Origin: Escherichia coli
GTDB taxonomy: Bacteria; Pseudomonadota; Gammaproteobacteria; Enterobacterales; Enterobacteriaceae
Direction: 5' to 3' (one strand)
Assembly: GCF_003334335.1 (NCBI RefSeq)
Contig: NZ_QOWQ01000022.1
DNA: 64,000 nt
Within the stretch, counting starts at the first letter, position 1; each line of letters opens with the position of its first letter. The notes beneath the pieces are model-generated. The model had not been told where the DNA came from and made no database searches. It was given only the letters and a program-made list of their open reading frames with translations. Below, piece by piece: positions 50,923 through 62,287 of the stretch. The translations under genes and the position numbers were made by a program.

Positions 50923-53038
50923 TCTGGCGTTGCAGACGACCAATCTCAGGCAGTAATGCAATCAATAATCCAACTTGTTGTACGACCAGAGGTTCTTTGC
51001 TGTCTGCCCGTGGTTCAAGTTGCTGCATCCGCTGTTTCAGGCTAGCTAATGCCTCATTGACGCGTTCTTCATCAGCAGGTTGATGATGTAACGCGTCATC
51101 AACATAGCAAACTGCGTCATCAAGAAACGCCAGAATTTCAGGATTAGTTAACTGCTCCCGGTGAGCACCGAGGGCTGAGATATAGCTGGTAAACGTATGG
51201 TTAAGGCACAGCAACCGAAACGCGGCTTCGCGAATTTGCGGGGTAACGTTCGGCTCGCTGGACATATTTGATACCACCGACGCCAGCTCAGCATCACGGT
51301 TGTGTGCATCGCGGCGGGCAATACGATACGCCAGACGGTTATCACGCCCCTGATGGTATTGCTCCAGTATGGCATCGAGATACCGACAGTTGGCCTCTGT
51401 GGCGCGTTCGAGCATGCGCGGCAGATTGCGAAACTGCCAGTCAGGCCAGATGTAGCTCACTGCCGCCCACGCAATGGCACAACCAATCAGCGTATCGATT
51501 ACGCGAGGTAACGCTACTTCAAAACCTTCACCCAGTAAGTTAAAACACAGTAGCACCAAAAGTGTGATGAACATCGTTGCATGAGCGTATTGCACGTTAC
51601 GGAAGGCAAAAAAGAGCACGCCGGTAATAACCAGCAGCACCAGCTGCCCTTCCAGTGATGGCACAAACCACAGCACAGGAATGCCAATGGCGATACCTAC
51701 CAGCGTACCAATAATCCTTAACTTCAGGCGGTGGCGCGTGGCGTTATAGTTTGGCTGGCAGACAAACAAACTTGTCAGCAAGATCCAATACCCGTGATGC
51801 ATTCCGGTTATCTGAATGATGGCGTAGCCGAAGCACAACACCAGCGACATTCTTACCGCATGACGGAAGAGGGCGGATTCCGGCGTGAAGTGACGGCTAA
51901 GACGCAGCCAGATATCACTCAACCCGTGCGGGCTGTCATCAGCGAGCTCATTTTCGTCATTATTATGGGGTAGTGCCTGGGCCTGTTCTGATTCAATTGT
52001 TGCCAGTTGGGCATCAATGGCGCGTAAATTGTTCAGCAAAAATCCCAGTGTTTTGAGTAAATCGGCGGGTGCGCCGTTATCGCGCATCCGCTCCAGCGCA
52101 GCATCAATATGCGTAAAAGCGCGCTCAAAATGCGGATCATGTTGATAAGGCTGACGCAACAAAATACAGCGTGACAGTTGCTGGCACGCCTGGCCCTGCA
52201 TCGACATCAGCCGCTGAAAACGGAACAGCACGTCGCTGTGGCGAAAATGTTCACGCAATGTTTGATACTGAATATGAGAAGAGCTGGCACGCTCGTGAAT
52301 ATCCTGTGCGACAAAGTAATAATGCAGCGTGCGACGCGTTCCCCGTTGACCACGATCGCCACGTAAGCGGGTCAGCAGCGAGAGTTTCGTCTGATTCAAT
52401 GTCGCCATCAGCAGACCGTTGGCGAGAGCCAAATCGTACAGCGGTGCCTGGCTTTGATCTTCAATATCAGGATCAAACATGCGCGACTTGAGCTCAAGAT
52501 AACGCGCCAGTTGTTCATAGCAACGCGCCAGGTTGTCCTGCAGCGGGCGGACCGGGAACAGCAGATGACCAATAAGTGTCAGGACGTTGTACCAGACGGC
52601 ACCGGCCAGCAGATACATCGGCTGCTGATACCAGTGCTCATACAGTGATGTTCCCAACATAGTGTAAATGGCGATCAGCAATGCACCGAAGGCAATTGTT
52701 GCATAGCGTTGACCCAGACCGCCGAGCAAAATGAAGCCGCTGGTAGAGAGCGTTAAGCCAATCGCAAATAGCCAGGGCCAGGGAAACAGCAATTCTACTG
52801 AGGCCGAGGCGATAAAAAAGCAGAACAGCGTAATGATGAGGTTACGCAAACGTCCCGCCAGTCGGTCATCGAGATCGGTCAGCGCCGCTGCCACCATCCC
52901 CAGCGTTAGCGGAATCGTCAGTTTTACATCACCCAGCCACCACGGAAACGCTGTGGTTCCACAAAGCGCAATAAAAATACGCGCGTAATACAGCCAGGCG
53001 CTGTTCCAGGTATAGCGTTTGAGCAAAGGACTTAGCAT
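50885..53038 (-). CDS. yccS: inner membrane protein YccS (YccS/YhfK family)
   Basis: ORF 50885..53047; start placed at MLSPLLKRYTW (717 aa; alternative start at 53047); multiple TM segments. Confidence 0.88.
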   Translation of the reverse strand: MLSPLLKRYTWNSAWLYYARIFIALCGTTAFPWWLGDVKLTIPLTLGMVAAALTDLDDRLAGRLRNLIITLFCFFIASASVELLFPWPWLFAIGLTLSTSGFILLGGLGQRYATIAFGALLIAIYTMLGTSLYEHWYQQPMYLLAGAVWYNVLTLIGHLLFPVRPLQDNLARCYEQLARYLELKSRMFDPDIEDQSQAPLYDLALANGLLMATLNQTKLSLLTRLRGDRGQRGTRRTLHYYFVAQDIHERASSSHIQYQTLREHFRHSDVLFRFQRLMSMQGQACQQLSRCILLRQPYQHDPHFERAFTHIDAALERMRDNGAPADLLKTLGFLLNNLRAIDAQLATIESEQAQALPHNNDENELADDSPHGLSDIWLRLSRHFTPESALFRHAVRMSLVLCFGYAIIQITGMHHGYWILLTSLFVCQPNYNATRHRLKLRIIGTLVGIAIGIPVLWFVPSLEGQLVLLVITGVLFFAFRNVQYAHATMFITLLVLLCFNLLGEGFEVALPRVIDTLIGCAIAWAAVSYIWPDWQFRNLPRMLERATEANCRYLDAILEQYHQGRDNRLAYRIARRDAHNRDAELASVVSNMSSEPNVTPQIREAAFRLLCLNHTFTSYISALGAHREQLTNPEILAFLDDAVCYVDDALHHQPADEERVNEALASLKQRMQQLEPRADSKEPLVVQQVGLLIALLPEIGRLQRQITQVPQETPVSA

Positions 53039-53056
53039 AAAGGCCATATTAGTGGA

Positions 53057-53503
53057 TTATTCAAAACGACGACGTGCATTGGCTTCACGCGCAGCTTGCG
53101 CTGTTTCTACCGATACCACGCGACGACCAACCGGCCATAGTGCAATAGCGGCAATTTTAAAGTTCGCAATGCCGACAGGAATGCCAATGATTGAAATACA
53201 TTGTGCGATGCCCGTTGCAATGTGCATCAGGCATAACCACCAGCCAAAGAAAATCAGCCAGAAAATATTCAATACCGTACCGCCAGTATTCAGCAGCACA
53301 TTTTTGCCAGCCGGGTTCAGTTCATCGACATGAATAGCTTCATTGCCATAAGGCACCAGAGACAGTTTAGTGATCTCCCAGCAGGATCGTGTCAGCGGTA
53401 AGGTAAAAATCAGCACAATACTGACCAGAGTCGCCAACAGCCAGCCCAGAGTGGTGGCAAATCCGCCAAGCACAAAGTTCAGAATGTTCAAAACGGTACG
53501 CAT
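53057..53503 (-). CDS. yccF: inner membrane protein YccF (DUF307)
   Basis: 148 aa hydrophobic ORF. Confidence 0.88.
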   Translation of the reverse strand: MRTVLNILNFVLGGFATTLGWLLATLVSIVLIFTLPLTRSCWEITKLSLVPYGNEAIHVDELNPAGKNVLLNTGGTVLNIFWLIFFGWWLCLMHIATGIAQCISIIGIPVGIANFKIAAIALWPVGRRVVSVETAQAAREANARRRFE

Positions 53504-53625
53504 AAAACCTCGCTTTACTGTGGTTTTCAGTAATGGGCGGCAATTGTAACGTTTTTTTGGGCTGGAGCACGTTTTCTCTGACGGTTACACTGATAAGAAA
53601 TAATTTCGTGTGGATCTACAGAGTC

Positions 53626-55680
53626 ATGGAACTGAAAGCGACAACGCTTGGAAAACGTCTGGCACAGCACCCTTACGATCGGGCGGTGATCCTCAATGCC
53701 GGGATTAAAGTCTCCGGCGATCGCCACGAATACCTTATTCCTTTCAATCAATTACTGGCGATTCACTGTAAGCGCGGTCTGGTATGGGGCGAGCTGGAAT
53801 TTGTACTGCCGGACGAAAAAGTGGTGCGTCTGCACGGCACCGAATGGGGCGAGACGCAGCGTTTTTACCATCATCTTGATGCTCACTGGCGGCGGTGGAG
53901 TGGCGAGATGAGCGAAATTGCGTCTGGTGTTTTACGCCAGCAACTGGATTTGATTGCCACGCGCACTGGGGAAAATAAATGGCTGACGCGTGAGCAAACC
54001 TCTGGCGTGCAGCAACAAATCCGCCAGGCTTTGTCGGCGTTGCCGTTGCCGGTTAACCGACTGGAAGAATTCGATAACTGCCGTGAGGCGTGGCGTAAAT
54101 GTCAGGCCTGGTTGAAAGATATTGAAAGCGCTCGGTTGCAGCATAACCAGGCGTATACCGAAGCCATGCTTACCGAGTATGCGGATTTTTTCCGCCAGGT
54201 CGAGTCTTCACCGCTGAATCCGGCGCAGGCCCGGGCAGTCGTTAATGGCGAGCATTCTCTGTTAGTGCTGGCAGGTGCAGGAAGCGGAAAAACGTCGGTG
54301 CTGGTGGCCCGTGCAGGCTGGTTGCTGGCGCGTGGTGAAGCGTCCCCTGAGCAAATTTTATTGCTGGCGTTTGGTCGCAAAGCCGCTGAAGAGATGGACG
54401 AGCGGATTCGCGAACGGCTACATACCGAAGACATTACCGCACGCACGTTTCATGCGCTGGCGCTGCATATTATTCAGCAGGGCAGCAAAAAAGTTCCGAT
54501 AGTCAGCAAACTGGAAAATGATACCGCTGCCCGTCATGAACTCTTTATTGCTGAGTGGCGCAAGCAATGCAGCGAAAAGAAAGCGCAGGCGAAGGGCTGG
54601 CGGCAATGGCTGACGGAAGAAATGCAGTGGTCAGTGCCAGAAGGTAACTTCTGGGATGATGAAAAATTACAGCGTCGCCTTGCCTCTCGCCTCGATCGCT
54701 GGGTAAGTCTGATGCGGATGCACGGTGGTGCACAGGCAGAAATGATTGCCAGTGCACCCGAAGAGATTCGCGATCTGTTCAGTAAACGTATCAAGTTGAT
54801 GGCCCCGTTATTAAAAGCCTGGAAAGGTGCGCTGAAGGCAGAAAACGCTGTCGATTTTTCGGGCCTTATTCATCAGGCGATTGTGATTCTGGAGAAAGGT
54901 CGCTTTATCAGCCCGTGGAAGCATATTCTGGTTGATGAATTTCAGGATATCTCGCCGCAGCGGGCAGCGTTGTTAGCGGCATTACGCAAGCAAAACAGTC
55001 AGACGACGTTGTTCGCTGTTGGTGATGACTGGCAGGCGATTTACCGATTCAGCGGTGCGCAAATGTCGCTCACCACCGCTTTCCATGAAAACTTTGGTGA
55101 AGGCGAACGCTGTGATTTAGACACGACTTACCGTTTTAACAGTCGTATCGGTGAGGTGGCAAACCGGTTTATTCAGCAGAACCCAGGCCAGCTGAAAAAG
55201 CCGCTAAACAGCTTAACCAATGGAGACAAAAAAGCCGTCACGTTATTGGATGAGAGTCAACTTGACGCTTTGCTGGATAAGCTCTCTGGTTATGCCAAAC
55301 CGGAAGAGCGCATTCTGATCCTGGCGCGTTACCATCACATGAGGCCTGCCAGCCTGGAAAAAGCGGCAACACGCTGGCCGAAGTTGCAAATCGACTTTAT
55401 GACCATTCATGCCAGCAAAGGGCAACAGGCGGATTACGTCATCATCGTTGGCTTGCAGGAGGGAAGTGATGGTTTTCCGGCTGCGGCGCGGGAGTCGATT
55501 ATGGAAGAGGCGCTACTGCCACCGGTTGAGGATTTCCCGGACGCTGAAGAACGGCGGTTAATGTACGTGGCGCTGACCCGGGCACGCCATCGGGTATGGG
55601 CACTGTTTAACAAAGAGAATCCCTCTCCCTTTGTGGAAATACTGAAAAATCTGGATGTGCCGGTGGCGAGAAAACCGTAA
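53626..55680 (+). CDS. helD: DNA helicase IV
   Basis: ORF 53533..55680; start placed at MELKATTLGKRLAQ (684 aa); UvrD-like Walker A AGAGSGKTS. Confidence 0.95.
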   Translation: MELKATTLGKRLAQHPYDRAVILNAGIKVSGDRHEYLIPFNQLLAIHCKRGLVWGELEFVLPDEKVVRLHGTEWGETQRFYHHLDAHWRRWSGEMSEIASGVLRQQLDLIATRTGENKWLTREQTSGVQQQIRQALSALPLPVNRLEEFDNCREAWRKCQAWLKDIESARLQHNQAYTEAMLTEYADFFRQVESSPLNPAQARAVVNGEHSLLVLAGAGSGKTSVLVARAGWLLARGEASPEQILLLAFGRKAAEEMDERIRERLHTEDITARTFHALALHIIQQGSKKVPIVSKLENDTAARHELFIAEWRKQCSEKKAQAKGWRQWLTEEMQWSVPEGNFWDDEKLQRRLASRLDRWVSLMRMHGGAQAEMIASAPEEIRDLFSKRIKLMAPLLKAWKGALKAENAVDFSGLIHQAIVILEKGRFISPWKHILVDEFQDISPQRAALLAALRKQNSQTTLFAVGDDWQAIYRFSGAQMSLTTAFHENFGEGERCDLDTTYRFNSRIGEVANRFIQQNPGQLKKPLNSLTNGDKKAVTLLDESQLDALLDKLSGYAKPEERILILARYHHMRPASLEKAATRWPKLQIDFMTIHASKGQQADYVIIVGLQEGSDGFPAAARESIMEEALLPPVEDFPDAEERRLMYVALTRARHRVWALFNKENPSPFVEILKNLDVPVARKP

Positions 55681-55711
55681 GAAACAGGTGGCGTTTGCCA
55701 CCTGTGCAATA

Positions 55712-56170
55712 TTACTTCAGACGGTCCGCGAGATAACGCTGATAATCGGGGATCAGAATATCGACCGCGTCGTTGAAATGCGGCGACTGGATTATGAAGT
55801 CTGCCGTTGCCACGTTGGTGGCGACCGGAATGTTCCATACCGTCGCCAGACGCAGCAAGGCTTTCACGTCAGGATCGTGCGGCACGGCATTTAGTGGATC
55901 CCAGAAGAAAATCAATACATCAATTTTCCCTTCTGAGATCAATGCGCCAACCTGCTGGTCACCCCCCATTGGGCCACTCAACATCGCGTTGACGTTCATG
56001 CCGGTCGCGCGGGAAATTAAGTTACCGGTAGTGCCTGTTGCATACAGTACGTGTTGTTCCAGTAACGGTTGATGCCGTTCCACCCAGCTCATCAGCATTT
56101 GTTTGCAGTGATCGTGTGCCACCAGCGCAATATGTTTCCGCGCAGGTAAAGTGCGAGTCGTCAGTTCCAT
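55712..56170 (-). CDS. mgsA: methylglyoxal synthase
   Basis: ORF 55712..56179; start placed at [20 protein letters not shown] (152 aa). Confidence 0.95.
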
Positions 56171-56265
56171 AATGTACATCCGTAGTTAACTTTCCTACAG
56201 ATTACTGTAAGCACTTATCGCTGCAAGATAAAGACCGAAAAAGCCTGCGCACAGGCACAAAAATC

Positions 56266-56928
56266 TCAGGAAGATGGTTGTTTTTCCGCCCACTGCAGGA
56301 AAGTATTTCGCGTTTGTGGGTCAGCCAGTTTAAACCAATACTTCAGCCGTTGTTCTGTGAGCACCTGAGACTGCGGTGGAATAGCATCCAGCTCGGAAAC
56401 ACCCGAAAGCAGCGTACTGTCATCTGCCATCATCGTGGCAAATTGCGGTAGTGAAGCGCGTTTCGCGGATTTGTTATAGCGTTCAACCTCGACCTCATAA
56501 TCAATCGTTTTTGCCGTTGAGGTAATGGCGAGAATATCCAGCTTTACCGGAATCGGCGTCGCATCGCCATCCAACAATTCAAGGCGCGGCGCGGCATCAA
56601 AATGGTTAGCTTCCCGCTCATTCTCCAGGCGAGGCAGGCGAAAATTGACCTGGTTGATGAGCTGGGTATTAAAACTGACCACCAGCGGTGGGGAGATATA
56701 CAGCCGTTCTTCACTATTGGAAAGATGAATCGTCTTCTCAACGCGAAACACTAACTGATGCGGTCCATTATCCAGTTCAATGCTGTCCGCACCGCGCAGC
56801 AGAGAGCTGGAAACCTTCTTGCCGTCGAGTACCAGAAGATCGACATCGGTTGAAAGCCGCAGCGTGGTGGCAAAAACGGATACCGGCAAACATAATGCAA
56901 TCAAGGTGGTCACGATGCCGGTTTTCAT
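56266..56928 (-). CDS. yccT: UPF0319 periplasmic protein YccT
   Basis: 220 aa ORF with signal peptide. Confidence 0.88.
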
Positions 56929-57100
56929 AGGTAGCTCCTGTCAAAAGACCGCCCGAATAATAATGTGTCAAAATTTTTCTTTAATCATACTTACTAACAT
57001 ATAGACATATTTCCCGCTTTTGCTCTCATTCATTCGTATTAGCTGCATGGTTGGCATGTCGGCTTTGTCGTACACTTTGTTAAACAGTCTGGAGGAAATA

Positions 57101-57514
57101 ATGAAAGAAACCGATATTGCAGGCATTTTAACGTCCACTCACACCATTGCGCTGGTGGGGGCAAGCGACAAACCCGATCGTCCCAGCTATCGCGTGATGA
57201 AATATCTACTCGACCAGGGGTATCACGTCATTCCGGTTTCGCCAAAAGTTGCCGGCAAAACGCTGCTGGGCCAGAAGGGGTATGGCACGCTGGCAGACGT
57301 TCCGGAAAAAGTCGATATGGTCGATGTTTTCCGTAATTCAGAAGCGGCGTGGGGCGTGGCACAGGAAGCTATTGCCATTGGCGCGAAAACCCTCTGGATG
57401 CAACTGGGGGTGATTAATGAGCAAGCGGCAGTACTGGCACGGGATGCCGGGTTAAATGTGGTGATGGATCGCTGCCCGGCTATTGAGATCCCTCGCCTGG
57501 GCCTGGCCAAATAA
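57101..57514 (+). CDS. yccU: CoA-binding protein YccU
   Basis: ORF 57020..57514; start placed at [10 protein letters not shown] (137 aa). Confidence 0.88.
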   Translation: MKETDIAGILTSTHTIALVGASDKPDRPSYRVMKYLLDQGYHVIPVSPKVAGKTLLGQKGYGTLADVPEKVDMVDVFRNSEAAWGVAQEAIAIGAKTLWMQLGVINEQAAVLARDAGLNVVMDRCPAIEIPRLGLAK

Positions 57515-57550
57515 AAAATCCCCGGAAGGCAAAAACCTTCCGGGGATTTG
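57512..57550. terminator. bidirectional terminator between convergent yccU and hspQ
   Basis: A6-TCCCCGGAAGG-CAAAAA-CCTTCCGGGGA-TTTGTT. Confidence 0.8.
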
Positions 57551-57558
57551 TTCAGGGA

Positions 57559-57933
<375 letters not shown>

Positions 57934-59124
57934 TTACATGACGCGACAGGCAAACCCTTTCAGATATAGCCCTTCCGGATAGGTAGCGATCACCGGATGA
58001 TCGGCTGCCTGACGGAACTGCTCTATAAATTGTACATCACGACCGGCATCAATTGCGGCATCCGCGATGATTTTCTGAAATAAATCGCTGGTCATCAGAC
58101 CGGAACAGGAGAAAGTCAGGAGAATACCGCCTTCATTCAGCAGCTGAATCGCCAGCATGTTGATGTCTTTATAACCACGACACGCGCCCATCAACTGGCT
58201 TTTATTCTCAACAAACTTCGGCGGGTCCATCACGATAACGTCAAATTTTTCACCGCGATCGCGATAAGTACGCAGCAATTTAAAGACATCATCACGGACA
58301 AACTCAGCCTTGCTCAGATCCAGTTTGTTCAGCTCAACGTTCTGCCGTGCAATATCCAGCGCTTCCTGGGAGGTATCAACGCTGACAACCTGGCTGCAAC
58401 CGCCCATCAGTGCCGATACGGCGAAACCACCGGTATAGGAGAAACAGTTCAGCACACGTTTATTTTCAACGTAGCGGCGGGTAGCCAGGCGGCTATCACG
58501 CTGGTCCAGGTAGTAGCCCGTTTTGTGTCCGTGCTGAATATCCACCAGCAGTTTCATTCCGTGTTCTTCAATCGGCAGCAGGGCAGGTGGCAACTCGCCG
58601 GTGACGGGGCCCTGGGTCAGCTCCATTCCTTCTTTTTTACGTACCGCGACGTCGCTGCGATCGTAAATCGAACATTCCGGGTACAGCGTTTGCAGGGCAC
58701 TAATTAATGCCGCGCGCTGATATTCTGCCCCAGCACTCAGCAGTTGCAGCACCAGAAAATTACCGAAACGATCGATAGTAATACCCGGCAGGCCATCAGA
58801 TTCTCCGGCGATTAAACGATAGCTGTCGAGGCCATCTTTTTGCGCCAGCCAGTCACGCCATTTTTGTGCTTGTTGCAAACGGCGGGAAAAAAAAGCAATG
58901 TCGATAGACTCAGACGGGTCAAACGTCCAGACGCGCGCCCGGATTTGCGAAGCTGGCGAATAAGCGCCGCGTGCTAACCATTTTCCCTGATGATCAACAA
59001 TATCGATGGTTTCACCGAGGCTGGCTTTACCTTCCATGCGGGCAACGGCCCCGGAAAAGACCCACGGATGGCGACGAAGTAATGATTTTTCGCGCCCTTT
59101 GGCTAACACTAAACGTACACTCAT
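57934..59124 (-). CDS. rlmI: 23S rRNA m5C1962 methyltransferase RlmI (YccW)
   Basis: 396 aa ORF with PUA-like N-terminus and SAM-dependent methyltransferase fold. Confidence 0.94.
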
Positions 59125-59218
59125 AATTTACTTTTCTGTCGATGCAAAGAAATGGGCGTCATTGTCCGGAGTTTTCCATGGATTTGCAACGCGTCCATTA
59201 AGGATAAGGAGAGCAGCA

Positions 59219-59497
59219 ATGTCGAAAGTCTGCATAATTGCCTGGGTTTACGGGCGAGTTCAGGGCGTAGGATTTCGCTACACCACACAGTACGAAGCGA
59301 AAAGACTGGGTTTAACCGGGTACGCCAAAAATCTTGACGATGGCAGCGTGGAAGTGGTTGCTTGCGGTGAAGAAGGGCAGGTGGAAAAATTAATGCAGTG
59401 GTTAAAGAGTGGCGGCCCGCGTTCTGCGCGTGTAGAACGGGTGCTCAGCGAGCCGCATCATCCCTCGGGGGAATTAACCGATTTTCGTATCCGTTAA
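59219..59497 (+). CDS. yccX: acylphosphatase
   Basis: ORF 59006..59497; start placed at [21 protein letters not shown] (92 aa), acylphosphatase signature. Confidence 0.92.
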
Positions 59498-59823
59498 ATA
59501 CATTTTACCGGTTTTGGCAGGCCAGCAATTTTGGTGGCTTGCTTAGCCGGACCTTTCGGAAACAGTCGGTATAAATAGCGGCTGTTACCTTTTTCTTCGC
59601 CAAATTTATTCGCCATCGCTTTTACCAGCATACGAATCGCCGGAGAAGTATTGAATTCCAGATAGAAATCACGCACAAAACGCACCACTTCCCAGTGTTC
59701 CGGTGACAGCGAAATCCCTTCGTTCTCTGCAATCACCACAGCCAGCGGCTCACTCCACTGGCTGCTTTCTTTGAGATAGCCTTCGGTATCCGTTTCTATC
59801 TCTTTACCTTCGAAGATCAGCAT
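59494..59823 (-). CDS. tusE: sulfur relay protein TusE (YccK)
   Basis: ORF 59494..59880; start placed at [12 protein letters not shown] (109 aa). Confidence 0.92.
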
Positions 59824-59913
59824 AATTATTACTACCTTAATCAGACTGGCGGCAGTGTAACAAAAAACAAAGCCCCGCATAAAGCGAGGCTATGAAAGTG
59901 TTAGCGGGTGAGA

Positions 59914-60573
59914 TTAATCGCGGCTAGCGAAGCCCAGAATGCTCAGCAGGCTGACGAAGATGTTGTACAGCGAAACATACAGGCTAACCGTGGCACGAAT
60001 ATAGTTCGTCTCACCGCCATGAATGATGTTGCTGGTTTCAAACAAGATAGCGCCAGAGGAGATCAGAATGAAGACCGCGCTGATCGCCAGATGCAGAGCA
60101 GGCAGCTGCAGGAAGATATTCGCAACCATACCAATCAGCACCACCACAATACCCGCCATCAGCATACCGCCGAGGAACGACATATCTTTGCGGGTGGTCA
60201 GCACATATGAAGAGCAGCAGAAGAACACTAACGCCGTTCCGCCCAGTGCCATAGCGATTACGTCACCCATTCCGGCAGACAGATAGGTGTTCAGAATAGG
60301 TCCGAGGATATAACCCAGAAAACCGGTAAAGGCGAATGCGGAGATAATCCCGGTCGGCTTATTCGCCGTTTTATAGGTCAGGAACATCAAACCATACATA
60401 CCCACCAGCGTCAGAATCAGACCCGGAGATGGCAGCATCAGCACCGTACTGGCAGTTGCGGTAATCGCCGAAAAGGCCAGCGTCAGGCTCAGCAGAAAAT
60501 AGGTATTACGCAGCACCTTATGGGTGCTAAGCAGTGATGTACGGTCATGTGAAGAACTAACAATACGATCCAT
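59914..60573 (-). CDS. yccA: Bax inhibitor-1 family inner membrane protein YccA (FtsH modulator)
   Basis: 219 aa ORF with 7 predicted TM segments. Confidence 0.93.
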   Translation of the reverse strand: MDRIVSSSHDRTSLLSTHKVLRNTYFLLSLTLAFSAITATASTVLMLPSPGLILTLVGMYGLMFLTYKTANKPTGIISAFAFTGFLGYILGPILNTYLSAGMGDVIAMALGGTALVFFCCSSYVLTTRKDMSFLGGMLMAGIVVVLIGMVANIFLQLPALHLAISAVFILISSGAILFETSNIIHGGETNYIRATVSLYVSLYNIFVSLLSILGFASRD

Positions 60574-60741
60574 TGAGTCACTCTCTATGACAGATGTAAT
60601 TAATTAAGCAGCATAATGATAATGCGTAAGGGCACCCAGAAGTTTTACCCATCTTTACGCATTTGATCTGGAACAGGTTTAACAGCGGATTATCAGGTCA
60701 TTAAGCAAATATAACGCCCTGAGAATTTCGACAGGCAAAAG

Positions 60742-60772
60742 AAAAAGGGGTTAGCATTTAGCTAACCCCTTA
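60742..60772 (-). terminator. rho-independent terminator immediately downstream of the serT remnant
   Basis: Minus strand AGGGGTTAGC-TAAAT-GCTAACCCCT followed by TTTTTC. Confidence 0.75.
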
Positions 60773-60779
60773 TCTTATT

Positions 60780-60839
60780 TGGCGGAAGCGCAGAGATTCG
60801 AACTCTGGAACCCTTTCGGGTCGCCGGTTTTCAAGACCG
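60780..60839 (-). tRNA. serT: truncated tRNA-Ser (serT) 3' segment, 60 nt from anticodon loop to CCA end; att core of the adjacent prophage
   Basis: Reverse complement of 60780-60839 matches the 3' 60 nt of the serT sequence as I recall it (...CTTGAAAACCGGCGACCCGAAAGGGTTCCAGAGTTCGAATCTCTGCGCTTCCGCCA); the 5' 28 nt are replaced by AT-rich DNA. Confidence 0.85.
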
Positions 60840-60980
60840 AAGAAAAACAAATGAAAATCAGTGTAATACGTGAATCTGCTGAAAATTTAATTAAATTTAA
60901 CACCAAGAAAAATCAAGGTGTTAGGAAGTTGCTCATAGCTAGTATACCAAGTATTTTTGCCAGAAAATTTTCTGTATTGC

Positions 60981-62000
60981 CTACTTGCTAACCACGAGCG
61001 GCAGATCCAGTGTTGGTGTGATTTTTGTTTTACGATCGTAAATCAACACCTGATTTTCTGTTTTATGCCCGCTGAAAATTTGTTTGTCGCGACTGCTGCC
61101 TTCGTAATCTGAGATCCCCTTGGCTTTTATGTCGTGAAAATTGCACCCGAACGGAACGCCAACTTTTTGCTCGGCTGAGCGTTTAGCCTGATTCCACCAG
61201 TTGTTCAGCGTTTTAGCTATGACTTTCCCGCCTTTGGTTGTATTGATCACATATTCGCATGTACAGGAAGATACATTTCGGGCTAACTGGATCGCTGTAC
61301 GTAATCGCGGTGACCATTCCTTGATTTGTTTGGTGCCGGTTTTGTTTTGCTCAATGTAGATCCCTTTATCCATAATATCCTGCCATTTCAACTCAAGCAC
61401 ATCACCGAGCCTTGCCGCACAGAGATAGGAAATCTCCATTGCAATGCGTAACTGTGGAATTGCTTCCGCATATATCGCTGCATACTGTTCATCGGTGATG
61501 TAAACAGTGCGGGCTTTAAGAGAGAATTTTCTGACTCCTTTACATGGGTTATTCTTCACGTATCCACGCTCATATCCCCACCCGTATACTCGACTCAGGC
61601 TTGCCAGTTCATGATTTGCCTGGGTCTTGCTCTCAAGCCCTCGTTTATCCATGAAAATTCTTACCTGCTCAGTTTTGACATTATCAGCAAGCACTTTTCC
61701 GAATACCATCAGCAACGCCTTCTGATGTTGTCGATAATCTTTTTGGGTTCGGGGGGCCAGTTCTGTAAATGCAGGGGAGTCCATAAACATGTGCCATAAT
61801 TTAGCTACGGTCATTATGTTGTGGAGTTTTGCTTTTTCCAGTTCATAATTTTGCCAGACTTTAGCTACGCTGGTTTTCCGCACTCTTCCTAGCCCTATAG
61901 TTCTTGTACTTCCTTCTGGTTTCCACACGTAACTGTAACCATTCGATCTAACCCGCGGTGGCAGTACATTATCTTTTTTATTTTTTCTTGGTCTTCCCAT
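60981..62000 (-). CDS. int: lambda-family tyrosine integrase
   Basis: 339 aa ORF; N-terminus MGRPRKNKKDNVLPPRVRSNGYSYVWKP resembles lambda Int arm-binding domain; C-terminus has GHKxxxxxxxY-DRK resembling lambda Int LGHKSDTMASQYRDDR. Confidence 0.9.
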   Translation of the reverse strand: MGRPRKNKKDNVLPPRVRSNGYSYVWKPEGSTRTIGLGRVRKTSVAKVWQNYELEKAKLHNIMTVAKLWHMFMDSPAFTELAPRTQKDYRQHQKALLMVFGKVLADNVKTEQVRIFMDKRGLESKTQANHELASLSRVYGWGYERGYVKNNPCKGVRKFSLKARTVYITDEQYAAIYAEAIPQLRIAMEISYLCAARLGDVLELKWQDIMDKGIYIEQNKTGTKQIKEWSPRLRTAIQLARNVSSCTCEYVINTTKGGKVIAKTLNNWWNQAKRSAEQKVGVPFGCNFHDIKAKGISDYEGSSRDKQIFSGHKTENQVLIYDRKTKITPTLDLPLVVSK

Positions 62001-62220
62001 TGTTCAGTGCCTCAAAATCGGGTTCAGCAGAAACCAGTTCAGATGTTTTTGGCATCGTTGTCAGTCCGTGTGGAATATCCCTGCGTAGAACTATTGGTTC
62101 GTTTTTAGGACCGATTACAAATGGGATGCCGTGCAGTCTTAACTGGTGTTGCTGTTTTGTGTATCGCTCGTATTTCGTGATCTCTTTAATCTCTGCTGGA
62201 GATAGAGTTAATTCGTACAT
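61978..62220 (-). CDS. xis: putative excisionase (Xis-like directionality factor)
   Basis: 80 aa ORF whose stop overlaps the int start by 23 nt, as lambda xis does; N-terminus MYELTL and basic C-terminus NGKTKKK resemble lambda Xis (MYLTL...NGKKAKS). Confidence 0.55.
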   Translation of the reverse strand: MYELTLSPAEIKEITKYERYTKQQHQLRLHGIPFVIGPKNEPIVLRRDIPHGLTTMPKTSELVSAEPDFEALNNGKTKKK

Positions 62221-62287
62221 GTGGTCACGTGCCTTTACAGCATGACCGCCGCCACTATAGCTGGTGGGCGGCGATATGGGTTGAACA

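Noticed and set aside
55681-55711. Hairpin ACAGGTGGC-GTTT-GCCACCTGT between helD and mgsA as a terminator
   Set aside because: A stem is present but there is no clear U-run on either strand; too weak to call.
60779-60991. 70 aa plus-strand ORF starting in the tRNA-Ser remnant
   Set aside because: It translates the tRNA fragment and the AT-rich att arm; no RBS context and it overlaps an RNA/att feature.
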